A stretch of 64,000 bases of DNA from Mustelus asterias (taxonomy: Eukaryota), in the NCBI RefSeq assembly GCF_964213995.1, contig NW_027590128.1, forward strand, positions 744,001 to 808,000, read 5' to 3'. This document shows positions 21,194 to 32,935 of this stretch, one piece after another (the stretch's first letter is position 1; each line of letters opens with the position of its first letter). A program made the position numbers and the translations under genes. The notes under the pieces were generated by a model, which saw nothing but the letters and a program-made list of their open reading frames with translations, was not told the origin of the DNA and did not search any database.

Positions 21194-21491
21194 AAAAGGA
21201 TGCGTCTCGCTGTATTGGTCAGGCTGCACTGCTGCTTCAATTCACAGGTGCTATCCCACTACTGAAGAGCACAGGGGATTTGACCTGCTCCGTTCCCGAC
21301 CTGGGCCGGTTCACCCCTCCTTAGCACACCTGGTGCTCCCAGAGTCCTCTCGGAACACCATGCGGATACTGATCTTAGTGCGGACACCCGATCGGCACAG
21401 AGAACAACAGCCCAGAACTCCCGACCTCAAGCAATCCAGCAGCCTCAGCCTCCCAGCAGCGGGATTACAGGTGCGCGCCACAGCACCCGGC
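21194..21491 (-). ncRNA. RN7SL: 7SL / SRP RNA gene (copy 1)
   Basis: Colinear with vertebrate 7SL over ~298 nt: GCCGGGTGCTGTGGCGCGCACCTGTAATCCC..., GCCGATCGGGTGTCCGCACTAAG and GGAGGGGTGAACCGGCCCAGGTCGGGAACGGAGCAGGTCAAA, ending in TTTT. Confidence 0.93.
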
Positions 21492-21902
21492 AAACGCAAT
21501 CCTTGATTCAGCCGCCTTCAGTTCAAACAGCAGCAAGAGCTCGAATGCAGACTGACTTCACTGCTTCACTGACTCAACTGACCATAATTTGAGGAAGCTT
21601 CAACTTTGTGTGCTCAAGTTAGTCTAATTGACCTCTTAAAATTTATTTGTGCGAATTTTTGTTTGTATTCATGGAACCTGTGTGAATATGTTCACTCAGT
21701 CCCGTCCTCAGCCCAGGGATCAGTGCCATTGAAAATAAGGAGCCGTTTTCTTTGTTGGAATGGCACGCAGCAGCTCGACTGTCTGCCCCTGAAATACACG
21801 CGTTTACTGCGCGCATCACAGCAGAGTGGAACAGAGACCTTTCCTTTTCCAGATCTCTGAATGTGACGCAGTTTTTTGCCAAGTGGAAGCTATGATACCA
21901 GA

Positions 21903-22215
21903 AGACCATGAGACATAGGAGCAGAATTTTGCCACTCGGCCCATCGAGTCTGCTCCGCCATTTAATCATGGCTGATATTTTTCTCATCCTCATTCTCCTG
22001 CCTTTTCCCCATAACCCCTGATCCTCTTATTAATCAAGAACATATCTATTCCTGCCTTAATGACACTCAATGATCTGGCCTCCACACCTTTCTGCGGCCA
22101 AGAGTTCCACACATTCACCACTCTCTGGCTGAAGAAATTCCTCCTCATATCTGTTTCAAATGATTGTCCCTTTAGCCTGAGGTTGTGCCCTCTGGTCCTA
22201 GTCTTTCCTACTAGT
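21903..22215 (-). mobile_element. CR1 3' end
   Basis: [34 protein letters not shown] plus tail. Confidence 0.85.
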
Positions 22216-23568
22216 GGAAACATCAACGCTGCACTCAGCGCTGGAACACGTAGATAACAAGGACATCTATGTCAGATTCCTATTTATTGACTACAGCTCA
22301 GCCTTCAACACTATTATTCCCACGAAGTACATCCCCAAACTCCATGGCCTGGGTCTCGGCACCTCGCTCTGTGATTGGATCCTGCACTTCCTAACTCACA
22401 GACCATAATCTGTAAAGATAGGCAACAACACCTCCTCCACGACCATCCTCAACACCGGTGCCCCACAAGGCTGTGTTGTCAGCCCCTTACTATACTCCTT
22501 ATGATACCAATGACTGTACGGCCAAATTCCCCTCCAATTTGATTTTCAAGTTTGCTGACGACAGCACCATAGTGGGTTGGATCTCAAACAATGATGAGAC
22601 AGAGTACAGGAATGAGATAGAGAATCTGGTGAAATGGTGCGGCAACAATAATCTCTCCCTCCATGTCAACAAAACGAAGGAGATTGTCATCAACTTCAGG
22701 AAGCGGAAAGGAGAACATGCCCCTGCCTACATCATGATGTGGAGATGCCGGCATTGGACTGGGGTGAACACAGTAAGAAGTCTCACAACACCAGGTTAAA
22801 GTCCAACAGGTTCATTTGGTATTTGCTTATGGTATTTGCTACCAAATAAACCTGTTAGACTTTAAGTGTTGTGAGACTTCTTACTGCCTACATCAACAGG
22901 GATGAAATAGAAAAGGTCGTGAGCTTCAAGTTGTTAGGTGTCCAGATCACCAGCAACCTGTCCTGGTCCCCACATGCCGACACTATTGTTCAGAAAGTCC
23001 ACCAATGCCTCTACTTTCTCAAAAGACTCAGGAAATTTGGAATGTCAGCTATGCCTCTCACCAGTTTTTACAGATGCACCATAGCAAGCATTCTTTGTGG
23101 TTGTATCACAGCTTGGTATGGCTTCTGCTCTGCCCAAGACCGCAAGAAACTACAATAAGTCGTGAATGTAGCCAAATCCATCACGCAAACCAGCCTCCCA
23201 TCATTGACTCTGTCTGCACTTCCCACTGCCTCGGCAAAGCTGCCAGCATAATTAAGGACCCCATGCACCCCGGACATTCTCTCTTCCACCTTCTATCTTC
23301 AGGAAAAAGTGTAAAACGTCGAACGTCATGTACCAACCGACTCAAGAACAGCTTCTTCCCTGCTGCTGTCAGACTTTTGAATGGACTTACCTTGCATTAA
23401 GTTGAACTTTCTCTGCACCCGAGCTATGACTGTAACACTACATTCTGCACTCTCTTGTTTTCCTTCTCCATGAACGGTATGTTTCGTCTGTATCGCGCGC
23501 AAAAAACAATACTTTTCACTGTGCGTTAATAGATGTGAGAATAATCGATCAAATCAAATCAAAATCAA
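22216..23568 (+). mobile_element. Rex1/Babar-type LINE RT 3' part
   Basis: [23 protein letters not shown] and HPGHSLFHLL..RLKNSFFPAAVRLLN motifs; (aaatc)n tail. Confidence 0.85.
22735..22883. mobile_element. Palindromic Penelope pLTR insertion with target-site duplication
   Basis: Inverted pLTR halves flanked by ctgcctacatca (22723-22734 and 22884-22895). Confidence 0.8.
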
Positions 23569-23574
23569 AACGTC

Positions 23575-25270
23575 CTCTTTACGTCCACTCTACCCAAGCC
23601 TCGCAGTATCCTGCAGGTTTCAACCTTTTCCTTCTAAACTCCAACGAGTACAGAGCCAGAGTCCTCAACCGTTCCTCATACGACAAGCCCTTCATTCTGG
23701 GGATCATTCCTGTGAACCTCATGTGGACCCTTTCCAAGGCCAGCACATCCTTCCTTAGATACGGGGCCCAAAACAGCTCACAATAGTCCAAATGGGGTTT
23801 AACCAGGGCCTTATTCAGCCTCGGAAATACATCCCTGCTATTGTATTCTAGCCCTCTCGACATGAATGCTAGCATTGCATTTGCCTTCCGAACTGCCGAC
23901 TGAATCTGCACGTTAACCTTGAGAACAAGCACTCCCAAGCCCCTTTGCGTTTCTGATTTCCGAAGGATTTCCCCAGTTAGAAAATAGTCTGTGCCGCCAT
24001 TTCTCCTTCCAAAGTGCATAACCTCACACTTTTCCACATTGTACTCCATCTGCCACTTCTTTGGTCACTCTCCTAACCAGTTCAGGTCCTTCTGCAGCCC
24101 CCTGCTTCCTCAATACTACCTGTCCCTCTACATATCTTTGTATCATCTGCAAACTTAGCAACAGTGCCTTCAGTTCCTTCTTCCAAAACATTAATGTATA
24201 TTGTGAAAAGTTGCAGTCCCAGCACCGACCCCTGAAGCACACCGCTAGTCACCGGTTGCCATCCTGAAAAGGACCCCTTTATCCCCACACTCTGCCTCCT
24301 GCCAATCAGCCAATCCTCTATCCATGCCAGGATCTTAAGCTTAACACCATGTGCTCATAACATATTGAACAGTTTCCTATGCGGCACATTGCCAAAGGCC
24401 TTCTGGGATCGAAATAAATCCACTGGTTCTCCTTTATCTAACTTCCTTGTCATCTCCTCAAAGAATTGTAAGAGATTTGTCAGACATGACCACCCCTTGA
24501 CGAAGCCATGCTGACTCAGTCCTATTTTATCATGCACTTCCAAGTATTCTGCAACCTCATCTTTCATAATTGACTCTATAATCTTGCCAATGACCGAAGT
24601 CAGGCTCACTGGCCTCTAATTTCACATTTCCTGCCTCCCTCCCTTCTTAAACAGCGGTGTTCCATTCGCTACTTTCCAGTCCTCTGTCATTCCTGAAAGA
24701 TCACTGCCAATGCCTCCACAATTTCCTCAGTTATCTCTCTTAGAATCCTGGCGTGTAGTCCATCCAGTCCAGGTGATTTATCCACCTTTAGATCTTTCAG
24801 TTTCCCCAGAACCTCCCCCTTGTGATGGCCACTGCAGTCACCTGTTCCCCTTGATTCTCCTGGAGCTCTGGCATCCCCCTGGTGTCTCCCACCGTGAGGA
24901 CTGATGCAATGTTACGATTCTGTCCATCTGCCATTTCTTTGTTTCCTATTGTTACTTCTCCCGCCTCATTTTGTCGTGATCCAATGTCTATTTTTGCCTC
25001 TCTCTTATCTTTTATATATTGAAAAAAACTCTTCCTGTCTTCTTTTATATTACTGCCTACCTTGCACTCATATTTCATCTTTCCCCCCTTATTGCTTTTA
25101 TAGTTGTCCTCTGCTCGCATTTTAAAAAATCCCAATCCTCCAGCTTCCCACTAATCCTCGCCACTTTGTATTCTTTTTCTTTTGCTTTTATCTTGTCCTT
25201 GACTTCCCTCGTCAGCCGTGGAGGCCTCGTCCTCCGCTTGGCATGTTTCCTCCTCCTTGGGATAGACTCG
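23575..25270 (-). mobile_element. Degraded CR1 ORF2 (copy B of the tandem duplication)
   Basis: RT motifs; paralogous to 18055-19530. Confidence 0.85.
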
Positions 25271-25940
25271 GTAGAGGGGACATTGAACAATGAAGGTCGG
25301 TGAATTGCCAAAGTGGGTTAGCGATCAACGCTGAAATTGAAATTACAATGAACATTTTGCTGTCTTTCTCTCTCTCTCCCTTTCTTTCTCACCCACTCTC
25401 TCATTTACGGCATGAGATTAAGTCATAAGCGTCTAGACTTTCGACATTGACAGTGGAGAAATTGTCAGGAGGGAATGAATAAAGGAGAAGGAGATATGAG
25501 AGCCGAGAGGCAGCTTGAATGCTTGGTGAATGTGCTGGAAAGTATGTGCGCGATATGAGATGTGAGGAAGAGGTGAAGAGGTCTGCGCTCTCTTGTGGCC
25601 GTGGCTGAAATGATCGTGCAAGTTGAAGATTTTAAAAGTGTAGTTTCTGCCGTGAGCAGCAGGGGGCGGTAAATGTGAGGTGGATATTGAGGAGGCAAAG
25701 AATGGGGAGAGTGGGGAAAGTGGGAACTGCAGAATGGTGCTTGTGAGCGTGCAGGGCTGGTTGGTCAAAAGTGTGTGTACATGTTTTGGTTTAATTGCGT
25801 AGATTGATGTGGTGATGGCATTGGATGTGAGAGTGAATGAAAGGGGCAGCAGAGGGAGTGAGTGTGGAGGCAGGCAGAGAGGCATCGGGTTTGTCTGGGA
25901 ATGGCAAAGTAGTTTGTTTGCTGCGATTGAAGGTGTGGAG

Positions 25941-26238
25941 AAAAGGATGCGTCTCGCTGTATTGGTCAGGCGGCACTGCTGTTTCTATTCACAGGTGCTA
26001 TCCCACTACTGAAGAGCACAGGAGATTTGACCTGCTCCGTTCCCGACCTGGGCCGGTTCACCCCTCCTTAGCACACCTGGTGCTCCCAGAGTCCTCTTGG
26101 AACACCATGCTGATACTGATCTTAGTGCGGACACCCGATCGGCATAGAGAACAACAACCCAGAACTCCCGACCTCAAGCAATCCAGCAGCCTCAGCCTCC
26201 CAGCAGCGGGGTTACAGGTGCGCGCCACAGCACCCAGC
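25941..26238 (-). ncRNA. RN7SL: 7SL / SRP RNA gene (copy 2)
   Basis: Near-identical to copy 1, with the same flanks and TTTT terminator. Confidence 0.92.
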
Positions 26239-26671
26239 AAACGCAATCCTTGATTCAGCCGCCTTCAGTTCAAACAGCAGCAAGAGCTCGAATGCAGACA
26301 TCACTGCAAATATAATAGGCTGCTTCACTGACTCAACTGACCAGAATTTGAGGAAGCTTCAACTTTGTGTGCTCAAGTTAGTCTAATTGACATCTTAAAA
26401 TTCATTTGTGCGAATTTTTGTTTGTATTTATGGAACCTGTGTGAATATGTTCACTCAGTCCCGCCCTCAGCCCAGGTATCAGTGCCGTTGAAAATAAGGA
26501 GCCGTTTTCTCTGTTGGAATGGCACGCAGCAGCTCGGCTGTCTGCCCCTGAAATACACACGTTTACTGCGCGCATCACAGCAGAGTGGAACAGAGACCTT
26601 TCCTTTTCCAGATCTCTGAATGTGACGCAGTTCTTTGCCAAGTGGAAGCTATGATACCAGAAGACCATGAG

Positions 26672-27467
26672 ACATAGAACATAGCAAAACTACAGCACAA
26701 ACAGGCCCTTCAGCCCTCAAGTTGCGCCGGTCATTTCCCTACCTACCTAGGCTTATATATAGGCTTACCTATAAACCTTAATCTTATTAAGTCCCATGTA
26801 CTCATCCAGAAGTCTCTTAAAAGACCCTATCGAGTTTGCCTCCACCACGATTGACGGCAGCCGATTCCACTCACCCACCACCCTCCGAGTGAAAAACTTA
26901 CCCCTGACATCTCCTCTGTACCTACTCCCCAGCACCTTAAACCTGTGTCCTCTCGTAGCAGCCATTTCAGCCCTGGGAAAAAGCCTCTGAGAATCCACCC
27001 GATCTGTACCTCTCAACATCTTGTACAGCTCTATCACGTCACCTCCCATCCTTCGTCTCTCCAAGGAGAAAAGACCAAGCTCCCTCAACCTATCTTCATA
27101 AGGCATGCCACCCAATCCAGGCAACATCCTTGTTAATCTTCTCTGCACCTTTTCAATAATTTCTACATCCTTTCTGTAATGAGGCGACCAGAACTCAGCA
27201 CAGACCTCTCAGTGGGATCTGTCGAGGGTCTTATAAAGCTGCATCATTATCTCCCGACTCCTGAACTCAATCCCTCGATTGATGAAGGCTAGCACACCAT
27301 ACACCTTCTTAACCACCTCCTCTACCTGCGAGGCCGAGTTAAGAGTCCTATGGACCCGGACCCCAAGGTATTTCTGATCCTCTACACTGCTAAGAGTCTT
27401 ACCCTTGATATTATACTCCTTCATCCCATTTGACCTGCCGAAATGTACCACTACACATTTATCCAGG
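26672..27467 (-). mobile_element. 5'-truncated CR1 inserted at an older CR1 tail
   Basis: RT C-terminal ORFs 26765-27148 and 27209-27467; tail at ~26672. Confidence 0.85.
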
Positions 27468-27844
27468 TTATCTGTGTTGTTTAAGTTTTTATGTACACTT
27501 TTATCGTGCCTGTATAATATTTCACTCCTTTGTTTAGGTTCCTTCACAATTGAATTTCATAATGGACACCTCACTGTGAAGAGGTCAGTCAGAATTATCA
27601 GCAAGGATTAATCAGCACTTTCTAATTGGAGATGTTAATCAGTGGAACCCCTCACACACAGATTTGCAGAAAAGATTAATTAATTTAGGACTGAAGTAAA
27701 GTTCGTAATTTTACTATTAGCTTTATGAACAGGTTCTTGTTGAGGATTCTTGAATTAAGGAGAAAGATCACAGAAGGTGCTTTTAAAAAGGAACATTGCA
27801 GCTCCGAAAATCAGTGACATCTCCAGAATATTAAACTCCAGCCA

Positions 27845-28110
27845 GGGGCCGCACGGTGGCACAGTGGTTAGTACTGCTGCCTCTTATTACCAGCGATCTG
27901 GGTTTGATTCCCGGCTTGGGTCATTGTGCTGAGTTTGCATGTTCTCCCCGTGCTTTGTGGACTTCCTCCAGGTGCTTCTGTTTCCTCCCACAGTCTGAAA
28001 GATGTGCTGGTTAGGTGCACTGACCCGAACAGGCACTGATGTTTGGCGACTAGGGGCATTTCACAGTAACTTCATTGCAGTGTTAATGTAAGCCTTACTT
28101 GTGACTAACA
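27845..28110 (+). mobile_element. HE1/V-type SINE
   Basis: gcacggtggcacagtggttagtactgctgcctc head. Confidence 0.8.
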
Positions 28111-28172
28111 ATTTTTTTTAAAGTTGTAGGGATGTTAACATCAGCAGAAACAAACCAGATATTGTCAGACTA

Positions 28173-28592
28173 TCAATCCAGGCTGTGATTAAAAGCAGAA
28201 TCCAATCCTTGCAGTCTATTATGAATTTGCTGGTGTCTCAGCCGGTTGGAGGACCTTGTGAATGCCTTTCCACACAAGGAGCAGGTGAAAGGCCTCTCCC
28301 CAGAGTGAGTGATTCGGTGAGTCAGGAGGTTGGATGACTCTTTCCACAGGTACTGCAGCTGAATGGATTCTCCTGAGTGTGAGTGCAGTGGTGGGACTGG
28401 AGGGTGAATAACCGAGTGAATCCCTTCCCACACACCGAGCAGGTGAATGGTCTCTCCCTGGTGTGAAGTCGCTGGTGTCTCACCAGATCGAATGACTGGG
28501 AGAATTTCTTCCCACAAATGGAGCAGCTGAACGGTCTCTCCCCGGTGTGAGTGCGTTGGTGAGCAGTCAGGGTGGATTAATGACACTCGCAG
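28173..28592 (-). pseudogene. Degenerate C2H2 ZNF pseudogene (about 5 fingers)
   Basis: Finger motifs split across frames; last finger [23 protein letters not shown] followed by tail [15 protein letters not shown]. Confidence 0.85.
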
Positions 28593-28594
28593 TG

Positions 28595-29625
28595 TCATTC
28601 CCCACCCGCCGGCTCCATCCCCCACCCCCCGGCTCCATCCCTCCCTCATTCCCCACCCGCCGGCCTCCATCCCCCCCCCATTCCCCACCCGCCGGCTCCA
28701 TCCCCCCCCCCCCATTCCCCACCCCCCGGCTCCATCCCTCCCTCATTCCCCACACGCCGGCTCCATCCCCCCCTCATTCCCCACCCCCCGGCTCCATCCC
28801 TCCCTCATTCCCCACCCGCCGGCTCCATCCCCCCCTCATTCCCCACCCGCCGGCTCCATCCCCCCCTCATTCCCCACCCGCCGGCTCCATCCCTCATTCC
28901 CCACCCGCCGGCTCCATCCCTCATTCCCCACCCGCCGGCTCCATCCCTCATTCCCCACCCGGCGGCTCCATCCCCCCCTCATTCCCCACCCGGCGGCTCC
29001 ATCCCTCCCTCATTCCCCACCCGCCGGCTCCATCCCCCCCTCATTCCCCACCCGCCGGCTCCATCCCTCATTCCCCACCCGCCGGCTCCATCCCTCATTC
29101 CCCACCCGCCGGCTCCATCCCTCATTCCCCACCCGCCGGCTCCATCCCTCATTCCCCACCCGGCGGCTCCATCCCTCCCTCATTCCCCACCCGGCGGCTC
29201 CATCCCCCCCCTCATTCCCCACCCGCCGGCTCCATCCCCCCCTCATTCCCCACCCGCTGGCTCCATCCCCCCCTCATTCCCCACCCGCCGGCTCCATCCC
29301 CCCCTCATTCCCCACCCGCCGGCTCCATCCCCCCCTCATTCCCCACCCGCCGGCTCCATCCCCCCCTCATTCCCCACCCGCCGGCTCCATCCCCCCCTCA
29401 TTCCCCACCCGCCGGCTCCATCCCCCCTCATTCCCCACCCGCCGGCTCCATCCCCCCTCATTCCCCACCCGCCGGCTCCATCCCCCCTCATTCCCCACCC
29501 GCCGGCTCCATCCCCCCTCATTCCCCACCCGCCGGCTCCATCCCCCCTCATTCCCCACCCGCCGGCTCCATCCCCCCCTCATTCCCCACCCGCCGGCTCC
29601 ATCCCCCCCTCATTCCCCACCCGGC
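28595..29625. repeat. C/G-skewed minisatellite, ~26-31-bp unit, about 35 copies
   Basis: Unit cattccccacccgccggctccatcc(c)nct. Confidence 0.95.
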
Positions 29626-29840
29626 GGTGTCGGATCAGCTGAAAATTCCCACCGCCGCAATCCTGAGCTCCCAGCGGCACTGCGCATGCTCCACATCACA
29701 ATGACCGGGCAGTGATTGACAGCGGTTCCGGACCAAGGAAAAGGGGGCGGGGCTGGAGGACCGAGCGGGAGCGGCTGGTCCTCCAACCAACCAGAGTGAA
29801 TGAGAGGCGGGGCTGAGTCCGGATCTCCCTCATTGGCTGA
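29625..29840 (-). promoter_or_regulatory. ZNF promoter cassette
   Basis: actgcgcatgctccacatcacaatg, GC boxes and inverted repeat 29754-29785. Confidence 0.6.
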
Positions 29841-29912
29841 AACTCTGTATCATTGTGAAAGCTGCTTTGTGTCAAACTCCAGGAGAAAACTGGACCTTTC
29901 TGTTTGTGGCTT

Positions 29913-30092
29913 CAAACAGATGGAGCCCTGTGGGTGCGGAGCAAACAGATGGAGCCCTGTGGGTGCGGAGCAAACAGATGGAGCCCTGTGGGTGCGGAGC
30001 AAACAGATGGAGCCCTGTGGGTGCGGAGCAAACAGATGGAGCCCTGTGGGTGCGGAGCAAACAGATGGAGCCCTGTGGGTGCGGAGCAAACA
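29913..30092. repeat. 29-bp perfect tandem repeat x6
   Basis: caaacagatggagccctgtgggtgcggag at 29913, 29942, 29971, 30000, 30029 and 30058. Confidence 0.95.
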
Positions 30093-30175
30093 CATCAACA
30101 TTTATCACTGAGATAAAGACAGTAAATGTTGGAAAATCTCAGCAGGGCTGACAGCATCTGTGGAGAGAGAATAGA

Positions 30176-30270
30176 GTAAGAAATCTCACACCACCAGATT
30201 AAAGTCCAACAGGTTTATTTGGTAGCAAAAGCCACTAGCTTTCGGAGTGCTGCTCCTTCATCAGGTGACT
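30176..30270 (-). mobile_element. Penelope pLTR fragment with intact hammerhead core (30233-30267)
   Basis: Minus strand cac-CTGATGA-a-ggag-cagca-ctcc-GAAA-gc-TA-gtg. Confidence 0.7.
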
Positions 30271-30299
30271 ATAAAGGAATATCAGTTAAATATCAGTGA

Positions 30300-31275
30300 C
30301 GACAAAGGAACAACTTGGTGGGAAGTTAAAAAGCAGGACCCCGAGGGTAGTAATCTCAGGATTGCTACCTGTGCCACGTGCCAGTGAGGGTAACAGTAGG
30401 ATGCTCAGGCGGATGAACACGTGGCTGAGGAACTGGTGTAGGGGGCAGGGTTTCAGATTTCTAGATCATTGGAACCTCTTCTGGGGCAGGTGGGACCGGT
30501 ACAAGAGAGACGGGTTACACCTGAACTACAAGGGGACCAATATACTTGCAGGAAGGTTTGCTAGTGTTATTGGGAAGGGTTTAAACTAGATTTGCAGGGG
30601 GATGGGAACCAGAGTGCCAGAGCAGATAGTGGAGCGGGGATGAAAATAAATGATGTTAATAGTTCATGCAAAATCACAAATAGAAGGGCTGTGTGTGGAG
30701 TTGGAATGTTATGGTGAGGTTGTATAAGACATTGGTGAGGCTAAATTTAGAGTATTTTGTGCAGTTTTGGTCACCTAATTACAGGAGGGATATTAATAAG
30801 GTTGAAAGAGTGCAGAGAAGGTTTACAAGGATGTTGCCGGGACTTGAGAAACTGAGTTACAGAGAAAGGTTAGGACTTTATTCCCTGGAGCGTAGAAGAA
30901 TGAGGGGAGATTTGATAGAGGTGTATAAAATTATGATGGGTATAGATAGAATGAATGCAAGCAGGCTTTTTCCACTGAGGCTAGGGGAGAAAATAACAAG
31001 AGGACATGGGTTAAGGGTGAGGGGGGAAATGTTTAAAGGGAATATTAGTGGGGGTCTTCTTCACACAGAGAGTGATGGGAGTTTGGAATGAGCTGCCAGA
31101 TGAGGTGATGAATGCGGGCTCACTTTTCACATTTAAGAAAAACTTGGACAGGTACATGGATGAGAGGGGTGTGGAGGGATATGGTCCAGGTCAGTGGGAC
31201 TAGACAGAAAAGTGGCTCAGCACAGCCAAGAAGGGCCAAATGGCCTGTTTCTGTGCTGTAATGTTCTGTGGTTCT
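30300..31275 (+). mobile_element. Internally deleted CR1 (ORF1 esterase end joined to ORF2 3' end)
   Basis: VVISGLLPVPRA...DGLHLN..GTNILAGRF, then LVRLNLEYFVQFWSP. Confidence 0.85.
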
Positions 31276-32294
31276 AACTGATCTTAAAACCAATCTTTTT
31301 CATTCTGTAGGGAGGGGGCGCGCTGAATCAGTTTTAATGGGGTTTTATATTTGTTTATACAATGTGGGCATTGCTGGCTCGACCAGCATCAATCGCCCAC
31401 CCCAAATTATTCTTGAGAAGGTGATTGGGGCTGCCTTCTTGAACTGCAGATTTGAAGTTACTGTCAGATCAGCCGTGATCTAATTAAATGGGTCAAGGGG
31501 CTGAATGATCTACTCCTCTCCTATATTTATAAGTTTGCCGCAGTCGAAGATGCTGTTACGAAGGGATTTCCAGGATTTTTGATCAGCAACAGTGAAAGGA
31601 CAGCAACATGATTCCAAGTCAGGATTGTTTATGTCTTGGGTGCCATTGTTTTTCGGTAAAGGGTCTGTTCCTCTGCTGTACTGTTCTTCGTTCTTTGATA
31701 ATGTCAGTTATCCATGTTGCCAATTATCTGCTGCCCTTGTCTCTCGGTGGTAGAGTTTGTAGGATTGGAAGGTAAAGGTCGCAGTGTTGGAAGGTACTGT
31801 TGAAAGTTAAATTATATTAATTTCTTCAGACTAAAAAGTGGAACTCAGGTGAAGATTTGGTGGGGAGATCTAGATCCGAGAGGCAGTATTTCAGAGTTTA
31901 TCACTGTGATGGCACCAATCCCATTGCTATCTGTTGGCAAGACTGATGGAAATATTTAAAATGGAGACCATTGGAGGATGAGGTACAATGGAATTTGTGA
32001 ACTATCTGAGGATAATGGTGAGGGGAAAGGAAGGGATCAGGAAAGCAGCCAACACTTCATGTTGTTCCAGGAGAAGTGGGGTCAGGTTGTGTAGATGTCA
32101 GGTTTTACGCAGCACTCAGTCAGTCTGGATGGAAAATCTCTGAATCACTCAAATCACTCAGTTGGAAACTCGGAGACCTATCATTGCTCGGAGGAAGGTT
32201 GTGTTGCAACTGATGAGAAGCAGCTTCACTCAGATACCCACATCCTCATGCACAAAAACGAACAAACGCAGCCATCCTCCCACCCACCCACCCA

Positions 32295-32540
32295 CGTGAT
32301 GTACCAACTGACTCAAGAGCAGCTTCTTCCCTGCTATCCGACTTTTGAATGGACCAACGTATATTAAATTGATCTTATTCTACACCCTCGCTATGACTGT
32401 AACACTATATTCTACACCCTCTTTTTTCCTTTCCCCCGATGTACTTTATGAATGTATGTTTTGTCTGTATAGTGCGCAAGAAACTACCTTTCACTGTATC
32501 CCAATACATGTGATAATAGTAAATCAAATCAAATCAAAAA
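32295..32540 (+). mobile_element. Rex1/Babar 3' end
   Basis: Matches 23325-23565; aaatcaaatcaaatc tail. Confidence 0.7.
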
Positions 32541-32809
32541 CTCTCACATGAAACAGGGCCTGTCCCATTGGGTGGACAACACCAGCTAACATGACTAAAA
32601 CTGAGGATAAAGTATTGGTGTCTGTAAGGGCTGAAACAATACCCTTGACTCTTGTTGATCTGTGGCACCAAGTTCAAGACTCCTTCATGAATCATCCTCT
32701 TGGCCTCTAGCCTGTCAACCCCCCATGAGAATCTTATATGTTTCAGAAAGTTCACTGCTCATTCTTCTAAACCTAATGATTAGAGGTGCAACCTTTCCTC
32801 AAAAGACAA

Positions 32810-32935
32810 TGAGTTGGATTCTCCGGCCGCGCTCACCCCAAAACTGGAGAATCCTGCCCGAGGTCAATGGTCCTTTGTGGTCCCCCCCCGGCCCGCGACG
32901 ATTCCTGTGGTGGGCGAGATGGGAGAATTCTCACC
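32810..32935. mobile_element. Short MITE-like element
   Basis: ggattctcc ... ggagaattc termini. A 17-bp direct repeat ctttcctcaaaagacaa lies at 32793 and 32949. Confidence 0.45.

Noticed and set aside
21054-21506. ORFs overlapping 7SL (also 25837-26253) and Alu-like appearance
   Set aside because: The full S domain is present, so this is 7SL and not Alu or primate contamination. The ORFs are incidental.
28547-29704. 385-aa proline-rich ORF
   Set aside because: By-product of a stop-free C-rich minisatellite.
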